Assembly (NCBI GenBank): GCA_964016885.1
Contig: OZ024744.1
Location: 111,600,001 to 111,664,000, forward strand
Length of the DNA stretch: 64,000 nt
DNA from: Eledone cirrhosa
Lineage: Eukaryota
Direction of reading: 5' to 3'
The first letter of the stretch is position 1; every line of letters begins with the position of its first letter. A program made the translations under genes and the position numbers. This document shows, piece by piece, positions 54,266-64,000 of the stretch. Under the pieces are notes generated by a model. The model was not told the DNA's origin, did not search any database, and saw nothing but the letters and a program-made list of their open reading frames with translations.

Positions 54266-54536
54266 TTGATGATGATGATGATGATGATGATGATGACGAC
54301 GATGATGACTAAGATGAATGATATTGATAATGCTGATGGTTTCCTAAATAGGCATGAAGCATTACAAGGACTGGGGAGTTGGAGGTGGTGGTGGGGAGGG
54401 GGGGCGGGGTGACATTGATATGGGTAAACTTCTACATTGTTTAATTCAGAGTTGGCAACATGATGAGCACTTACTGGTGTGTTTTCACTGTTGTGTTCTT
54501 GATGACACACCACCATCAACAACAACAACAATAATA

Positions 54537-54567
<31 letters not shown>

Positions 54568-56285
54568 TTATTATTATTATTATAGGAATACAAAGTTTAT
54601 AAATGTGAAGTTATGATATTCAAACTTTTTCTTTTTGGTCTTCCACCTCCCCTGCCAACACTGACCATCCATCCATCCATCCACCCATGAATATGAAAAC
54701 TGAAACGAAGCTGTCGCATTGCCAATGGATGGTGTTTTCCAACCAAAATTGATTATAGCGACCATGACAGTAAAGATGATGATGATAATTTCTTACATTA
54801 CATAAAACCATGTTTGAAATAGATGAAAACCAGTCCTAGCTCCACTCCTTTGAAACCAACAGTTTATTGATATATCTCCAGAATGGTCAACTATATATAT
54901 ACATATACATATATATATATAGGAAAGGAAGTAGTTCTGTTCTTTCTCCTTTCCATTTCCCACCCCACCTACCCACATACAACAACAACAACAACAACAG
55001 GTGACTAAAATTTGTCCCTTTTTTTCCCCGCCATTCCTTTTGTTTTTGTTTCAAATTGTAGAAAAACAGGTAAAATTCCTTGTATATCATAGTTTAATCT
55101 TCTGGGAAGAGATTCCCCCATGTGTGACAATTATGTATGACTTTACACAGGTGACAGCAAGAATATATGTGTTTGTTGTGAGTGCGTGTGTGTGTGTGTC
55201 TCTCTCTGCACACACACACACACACGCATAAATATATATATATATACACATACATATATGTGTGTGTGTGTGTGTATGAGTATATATATTATTGTGCATG
55301 TAAGCTGTGCACAAGAGTATGTATGTATATAGTGAATGAGCTGTGCTTATGTGTGCAATCACACATAAATAAGCATACCCCCCATTTGCATATGCAAATA
55401 CACACACACACACACACACACATGATATATATATATATGTGTGTGTATGTGTATGTGTGTATGTGTGTGTGTGTGTGTGTATATTTATAAATATATATTT
55501 ATATTTCTTTGTGTGTATATCTATATATATTTTTACATACACATTGTAAAGAGTATGTTACATTATTTCTAAATTCAACGTTTATGGCAGTCATTTTATA
55601 GTCAGTCGATTTGTGCTGCATCTGGAAAAGAAATAAAATTATTTTTGTTACTTTTTAAAACTTTAAATAAAAAAAATGAAGAAACATATATATATATAAA
55701 CGCTTAAACGACCTCCTTTGTCAGAATTGACCATGGAATTTGCACCTGGAACGTTTCACTTCCAAGGCACAGGTTCAGGCAAGGTATGTTTGTAGAAAAC
55801 AGGACAGTCATCCATACAGTATCCCCCCCCCTCTCCACATCACCAATGTTGTCCAATGGCTGATACAACTGGGCACCAGGTGACGTTGGAACTCATTTCC
55901 ATAGCTGAGTGAACTGGAGCAATGTGAAATAAAGTGTTTTGCACATCACCTGGTCTCAGAGTTGAACTCATTACTCATTACCTTATGATTGTGAATTCAA
56001 CGCTCTAATAAGTAAGCCACGAGCCTTCACTATAAATAATTACAAACAAAAATAATGAAGCTAACTAATAATATTTTCTAATTTAGGCACAATGCCTACA
56101 ACTTTGTGTGTGTGTGGGGGGGGGGGGGGGATTTATTACATTGACCTTGGAACAATGAAAGGCAAAGTTGAAATTGGCTGGATTTGAACTCAGAACAGAG
56201 AAAGTTGTAATTTGATGTTGCAAAAGCATTTTGTTTGACACATTAACAGTTCTGCCTTTTCTCCAGGCTCATGAAGATGGCAAAT

Positions 56286-56478
56286 AATTGTTTCTACTTT
56301 TGGCACAAGGCCAGCAATTTAACCAGTGTATTACTGGTACTTTATTTTATCGACCTCCGTAAGGATGAAAGGCAAAGTTAAGCTCGGCGGGATTTGAACT
56401 CAGAATGGAAAGGGCCATAACTCTATGCGTCAAAGCATGGCGTCCGACCCTCATACCGATACTGCCAATCCACCGCCC
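56286..56478 (-). mobile_element. Full-length SINE (older copy at ~56075-56260)
   Basis: Family consensus match. Confidence 0.9.
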
Positions 56479-56924
56479 TAAAAAGAAGATAGCAAATAAT
56501 AAAACATCTTTGACATTAATACTGGACCAGAAAGTTGGAAGGGAGGGCTTGTGTTTTGATCTAAATGCATGCCTGGCATCTACTTTAGCAACTCCTGAGT
56601 AAATGAGCCAAAAGTTAAGAGAGGCGGGAGGCGGGGGAGGTGTCTGCATCAATAAAGAGGGAGTGTCCATTGGTGTCTCACTCATTCACTTTGGCCATAA
56701 AAGACAGAGGAGACAACAATTATAATTAATCAAACAATGATTGAAGATATCCATATATATATAGAATCAATATCAACAATATAGTATAAAGTGGAGGTTC
56801 ACATACTTCTGTGGCCACCACTCCTCTCATGTAATACCCTCAGTGGGCCCCCTACCCCTATTCCTAGAGAGACTTACCTACACAGATATTGGAAATAATA
56901 TATAATAAATAAAATTGTTAATTT

Positions 56925-57080
56925 CATCATCATCATCAACGTTTAACGTCCGTGTTCCACGCTTGCATGGGTTTGGACGGGGGTAGTCCCACTTGAGGCA
57001 AGAGTGGTTGTCTTGCTCGCATAGGACTGTCTGGCAGGTTTTCTACAGCTGGATGCCCTTCCTAACACCAACCACATTTA
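56925..57080 (-). mobile_element. V-domain SINE with RTE-derived tail
   Basis: (CAT)n-..GTTTAACGTCCG..GCATGGGTTTGGACGG and TTTCTACAGCTGGATGCCCTTCCTAAC. Confidence 0.7.
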
Positions 57081-57450
57081 CAGTGTGGGGCTGGGAGGTT
57101 TTTACCGTGTTGCCTACACGGCCACATTACAGCGTGGACTGTGTGTTTTTTGTCGTGACACCTACACGATCTCATTTGTTTCGGCCTGGATGGTGTGGCA
57201 CCAACATAACTTTACATTGAAAGGGGTGGTGTGGGTGGGGTGGGGGTGGTGGGACGGGGGTGTATTTTGTTAGAGATGCCTACTGACTGTAGTAGGTTTT
57301 ACTTTGTATTTAGGTTTATATATAATAAATAGACTAGACCAACCGTGACCCGTTGTGTGACATTCACTTTAAATATTAAAATATACAGACATGATTATAA
57401 TGTAAAATGAAATTGGAAGGCCCATATATATATATATATATATGTGTATA

Positions 57451-57725
57451 TACGATATTAACAAATGGAAACTATATTTATTTCATTATACATATTTCAA
57501 GGACACCAAGTTAAATTATGGTGTGCTTTCATCAGATAAAATATAATATAGAGCAGTTTTATAAATAAATATTGACATACTCTTAAAGAATATTTATTTA
57601 GAAAACTGCTCTATATTATATTTTATCTGATGAAAGCACACCATAATTTAACTTGGTGTCCTTGAAATATGTATAATGAAATAAATATGGTTTTATAAAT
57701 ATAGTTTCCATTTGTTAATATCGTA
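57451..57725. repeat. Fold-back element with a hammerhead in each arm
   Basis: Near-identical arms centred near 57580. Confidence 0.9.
57619..57683 (+). ncRNA. Minimal type I hammerhead (mirror copy 57479-57543, minus)
   Basis: TATTTTAT-CTGATGA-AAGcACACCA..TGGTGTcCTT-GAAA-T atgt A-TA|ATGAAATA. Confidence 0.78.
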
Positions 57726-57810
57726 TTTTGACTCCAATTATTTGTTGAGTGCTTTATATCAGTTATAAAAATATTTGCTTGTTGTATCCCAACAATTTAA
57801 ATAGAACTTT

Positions 57811-57867
<57 letters not shown>

Positions 57868-57874
<7 letters not shown>

Positions 57875-58609
57875 AGAGTATTGAAGTTTGCTTGAAGCAT
57901 TGTGGAATAATAAGGTAAATTTCTTTAAGTCGTTTGGAAGCCTCGACAATGCAGATGGGTAAATCTCCGGGTAACAAGATCCGGTGGTGGAGAGAGAGAT
58001 GTAAGTGGGTGTACGTTGAGATGCGTGGCTTGTATAAGACTGTAGCGTGTAGAGGAATGAGGGAAAGAGTGTAAAGGATAAAAATAAAAATAACACACGC
58101 ACACACACACTCAAGCGACACAACAACACACGCACACACACAGTAACATTCACCAAACAAGCAGAGAATGGACTGACAGCTAGCGTCACCCCACTCCCAC
58201 AATTGAAAGAACTACTTCGGCCGCTGACCTCTGCCTGACCGACCCCCATTTCACGTGCATGCGCGCTCTGCTGAATACCTCAGATATTCAAAACAACGAA
58301 CAGCGGAGGACACGTTTCGCACCTTTCCAACAGACACCCCCCCCTCCCGGAAAAAAACCCCAGTTGATGGATGTGAATCCAAAATATATAGGGACAATTA
58401 AATCTCTCCCAAGGTAACTCTCTCTCGTGTTGTTATTTTTATTTTTATCCTTTACGCTCTTTCCTTCATTCCTCTACACGCTACAGTCTTATACACGCCA
58501 CGCATCTCAACGTACACCCACTTACATCTCTCTCTCTCCACCACCAGATCTTGTTACCCGGAGATTTACCCATCTGCATTGTTGAGGATTCCAAACGACT
58601 TAAAGAAAT
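57868..58609. mobile_element. Inverted-repeat PLE-derived remnant
   Basis: Arms 57919-58099 / 58426-58609. The left tip encodes MLQANFNTLF on the minus strand, resembling the family B start [10 protein letters not shown]. (TA)n flanks. Confidence 0.65.
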
Positions 58610-59057
58610 ATATATATATTTGGGTGTCTGTGACCTATATACACTGGTCACGCACACACAAGTCACTTGTTATAATTTCATTCAACAACACCACCAGCTC
58701 TCTCTGTTTTCCATTTTCCTTCTCTGCCTCCCTTTCAATCTACTCTCTCACAGCCAGTCTCTTTCTCTTTATTCATGAAGGTACTTGGGAACCTGTGCTC
58801 CGATTTATGCAAAACTTGTTTTTATTCCATTTCAGTGGCAACTTCCTTTCAAAGTATTTTCCAATTATGCACTGTTTTGGGTGTATTAAATTACAGACAA
58901 GTACACAATCAGAGAGTTTTAGTGGTACATAGACATACTATGTATAAATAAATATTATATATTTTATATTTGTCAACAACATCAATGGGAAAACCAAGTA
59001 ACGACTGACAAAATCTAAAGAATAAATAAACACACACACAAGTAACTATGTACACAT

Positions 59058-59088
<31 letters not shown>

Positions 59089-59089
59089 A

Positions 59090-59560
59090 ACACTACCACA
59101 ACTGTTGCTGTTGCTACTAGTACTACTACTACTGCTGCTACTGTTACCATCGCCACCACTACTAATATTACTGTTGTTACCGCCACCACCACTAATAACA
59201 CTGCTGCTACTAGTACCACCACCACCACGACCACCACCACTACTAATACTACCGTTGCTAGAACCACCACTAATACTGCTGCTACTACTACTACTTGTAC
59301 CACCACTAATACTGCTGCTACTAGTACCACCACCACCACCACCACTACTACTGCTTGTACCACCACCTTCATCACTAATACTGCTGCTACTGTTATCACC
59401 ACCACCATCACTAATACTGCTACCACCACCACCACCACGAACATCACTAATACTGCTGCTATTATTATCACCACCACTACCACTACCACCACCACCACCA
59501 CCACCACCACCATCACTAACACTGCTACTACCACCACCACCATTACATTATTATTATTAT
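59090..59560. repeat. Mixed trinucleotide microsatellite (ACC/ACT/GCT)
   Basis: Low-complexity triplet run. Confidence 0.95.
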
Positions 59561-59700
59561 TAAACATAAAAGAGCACAATGTGCTTCATTAGAGTAAATG
59601 GTATTGTTGGGATCATTAATGGAGGAAAAGGGGCCGTTGGAAGCCAACAAAGAAGTGGTTTCCCAAAACACACAAAAATAAAAAAAAAGGAAAATGCAAA

Positions 59701-60600
59701 TACCCCCACCTCCACCAAAACAGTCACTCACACACTCACAGCCCCCACCTCCACCAATAGTCACACTCACAGCCCCCACCTCCACCAAAACAGTCACTCA
59801 CACTCACAGCCCCCACCTCCACCAATAGTCACACTCACAGCCCCCACCGCCACCAAGTCACACTCACACACAGAAAGCCCCCCACCCCTCCACCAAAACA
59901 GTCACACTCACACACTTAAAGCCCCCACCTTCACCAAAACAGTCACACTCACACACTTAAAGCCCCCACCTTCACCAAAACAGTCACACTCACACTCAAA
60001 GCCCCCACCTTCACCAAAACAGTCACACACACACACACTCAAAGCCCCCACCTCCACCAAAACAGTCACACACACACACACTCAAAGCCCCCACCTCCAC
60101 CAATAGTCACACTCACAGACCCCACCTCCACCAAGTCACACTCACACACTGAAAGCCCCCCCCACCACCACCAAAACAGTCACACTCACACACTTAAAGC
60201 CCCCACCTTCACCAAAACAGTCACACACACACACACTCAAAGCCCCCAGCTCCACCAAAACAGTCACACACTCAAAGCCCCCACCTCCACTAAAACATAC
60301 ACACACTCAAAGCCCCCACCTCCACCAAAACAGTCACACACACACTCAAAGCCCCCACCTCCACTAAAACATACACACACACACACTCAAAGCCCCCACC
60401 TCCACCAACACCAAAACAGTCACACACACACACACACAAAGCCCCCACCTCCACCAAAACAGTCATACACACACACACACTCAAAGCCCCCACCTCCACT
60501 AAAACATACACACACTCGAAGCCCCCACCTCCACCAAAACAGTCACACACACACACTCAAAGCCCCCACCTCCACCAAAAGCCGTCTCACACACACACAC
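59701..60600. repeat. C-rich minisatellite (~30-45 bp unit AAAGCCCCCACCTCCACCAAAACAGT(CA)n)
   Basis: More than 20 tandem units, immediately 3' of the KLF stop codon. Confidence 0.95.
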
Positions 60601-60658
60601 TGAAAGATCATCTTCAGCACCATCATCAGCACCCCTTCATCATCATATTCACCTTTAA

Positions 60659-61373
<715 letters not shown>

Positions 61374-61374
61374 C

Positions 61375-61578
61375 ATAAAATGGGAATTAAAAAGGATTTG
61401 GGATTGTCATGAGCTCAAGGTCGTCCTGACTGTCATAGGAGCACTAGGTTCAAGAAGATTAGTCCAGCCCCTATTTTTGAAACACTTCAAAAGGCATGCT
61501 TGCTGGGAACAGCAAGAACCCTCCGATACGTCCTGAATATCTGAGACTGCAGGTAGCAGCAGCTTGATATTCAGTTGA
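61375..61578 (+). mobile_element. R4/Dong-type 3' end in (TAA)n
   Basis: KWELKRIW..VIGALG..QKACLLGTARTLRYVLNI*. Same family as 18870-19095. Confidence 0.82.
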
Positions 61579-62104
61579 TAATAATAATAATTTTTTCTAC
61601 TTTTGGCACAAGGCCAGCAATTATCCCAGAGTATTACTGGTACGGTAACAGTAATAACAAATCAAATCCCAAAAATGTAAAATATAATATAAAAGGATGT
61701 CAGTGTGTTAATAATAATAATTGTTTCTACTTTTAGGCACAAGGCCAGCAAATACCCCAGTGTATTACTGGTACTTTATTTTATCAACCCCGTCAGGATG
61801 AAAGGCAAAATAATAATAAACTAAAAAAAAATGTAAAAAGAAAGTATTGTATTTTTTCAAATTGTAAAACATTTTTCTGTCTTGAGAAATATTAGAGAAC
61901 TAATGAGGGAAATAAACACTTTTTCTTCAAGTTAATTAGATGCAAACTCTTTATTCAATTATATTTCAATACTTGATCAAATGAAATTTAAATCTAAATC
62001 TAAAAAAAAATGTTTTTTCCCCATTAAAAACGAGACAACAAAAAATTTAAAATTTGAATTATTAAATAAGGTAAATGTGTGAAAATGTACACACACGTGC
62101 ACAA

Positions 62105-62609
62105 TCACACACACACTCAAAGCCCCCACCTCCACCAATAGTCACACACTCAAAGGCCCCACCTCCACCAATACAGTCACACACACACAAAGCCCCCACC
62201 TCCACCAAAACAGTCACACACACACAAAGCCCCCACCTCCACCAAAACAGTCACACACACACACACACACTCAAAGCCCCCACCTCCACCAAAACAGTCA
62301 CACACACACAAAGCCCCCACCTCCACCAAAACAGTCACACACACTCAAAGCCCCCACCTCCACCAAAACAGTCACACACACACAAAGCCCCCACCTCCAC
62401 CAAAACAGTCACACACACACAAAGCCCCCACCTCCACCAAAACAGTCACACACACACACACTCAAAGCCCCCACCTCCACCAAAACAGTCACACACACAC
62501 AAAGCCCCCACCTCCACCAAAACAGTCACACACACACAAAGCCCCCACCTCCACCAAAACAGTCACACACACACACACACACTCAAAGCCCCCACCTCCA
62601 CCAAAACAG

Positions 62610-62640
<31 letters not shown>

Positions 62641-63150
62641 AAGCCCCCACCTCCACCAAAACAGTCACACACACACAAAGCCCCCACCTCCACCAAAACA
62701 GTCACACACACACAAAGCCCCCACCTCCACCAAAACAGTCACACACACACACACACACTCAAAGCCCCCACCTCCACCAAAACAGTCACACACACACAAA
62801 GCCCCCACCTCCACCAAAACAGTCACACACACTCAAAGCCCCCACCTCCACCAAAACAGTCACACACACACACACACACTCAAAGCCCCCACCTCCACCA
62901 AAACAGTCACACACACACAAAGCCCCCACCTCCACCAAAACAGTCACACACACACAAAGCCCCCACCTCCACCAAAACAGTCACACACACACTCAAAGCC
63001 CCCACCTCCACCAAAACAGTCACACACACACACACACTCAAAGCCCCCCCACCTCCACCAAAACAGTCACACACACACAAAGCCCCCACCTCCACCAAAA
63101 CAGTCACACACACACACTCAAAGCCCCCACCTCCACCAAAACACACACAT
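62105..63150. repeat. Second array of the same C-rich minisatellite (intronic)
   Basis: More than 25 homogeneous units. Confidence 0.95.
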
Positions 63151-63768
63151 ACACACAATCACATGCAGGTACACATACAGACACGTGCACAATCACACGC
63201 ACACATACACACAATCACATGGACAGACGTGTACAATCACATGCACAGACACAAACACACAGAGAGGCTAATTAGAGTCCTTAATTGGCAGCACATGTGT
63301 GTATTTGACTTGTATCAGTTCCAATGAGTGTACCTGTTGTTTAACCAACAATAAAGCCTGCTCATTAAAGTAGTGTGCAAGTGGCTGAGTATTCCACACA
63401 CACACACATATACCCTGAATGTGATTCTCAGGAAGATTCTCAGTGAGAATGTGTGTGACATAACTGGTTCTTTGAAATATAAATACATATTTACAGCTGA
63501 GTGGTCTGGAGCAATGCGAAATGAAGTGCCTTGCTTAATTAAGGTCACAGAGTGACCATGGTATCAAAATTATAATTTTATGATCCTTAGCTGAACACTA
63601 AGTACTAAGCCACGTGACTTCAAAATAGGCACACACACACACACACACAGACACTACAATACACACACACTACTACTACACATACAGAGCAACATTCAAT
63701 ACCACAAAAGAAGACTCACAATAAATGAAGTTAAAAATTAGAAATCTGTTTATTTCCAATTCCAAAAT

Positions 63769-63930
63769 AATTGTTTCTATTTTAGGCACAAGGCCAGCAA
63801 TTACCCAGTGTATTACTGGTACTTTATTTCATCGACCCCGTAAGGATGAAAGGCAAAGTTAACCTCGGCGGGATTTGAACTCAGACATGCTGGAAAGCAT
63901 GGCGTCCAACCCTCTACCGATACTGCCAAT
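63769..63930 (-). mobile_element. SINE with internal deletion
   Basis: Family consensus match. Confidence 0.88.
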
Positions 63931-64000
63931 TCACAGAGCTGTAATCCTTCTTAGACATGACCTGGGCCAATACTGGCCGGAACCTGTCAAAGTATATATA

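Noticed and set aside
62075-63271. 398-aa Pro/His/Thr-rich ORF (also 59579-60106, 32322-33073, 59046-59579)
   Set aside because: Translations of mini- and microsatellites. Unit lengths vary by 2-nt steps, so the frame is not preserved.

Overview
Repeat-dominated, AT-rich eukaryotic DNA. It is most likely from an octopod cephalopod, inferred from the SINE, V-SINE and RTE repertoire and the huge (TA)n/(CA)n tracts. The only supportable host coding sequence is the last exon of a Kruppel-like factor (zinc fingers 2-3, minus strand, 60659-60831); its upstream exons appear to lie beyond the window. The rest is nested mobile DNA: at least four Penelope-like (PLE) families (one Naiad-type, one near full-length copy at 5736-10224 carrying a Helitron), R4/Dong-type and Tx1/L1-type LINEs, RTE and CR1-like tails, an LTR fragment, about 20 tRNA-derived SINE copies, minisatellites and a 200-N gap. 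The most striking signal is non-coding. About 20 type I hammerhead ribozyme motifs from roughly nine sequence families can be read by eye. Three have a greatly expanded, branched stem II (11482-11611, 32039-32155, 45407-45536), and two of those are homologous and show covariation plus a conserved pseudoknot. Others sit as mirror pairs in short ORF-less fold-back elements next to (TA)n. All RNA structures were folded by eye and none has been tested.
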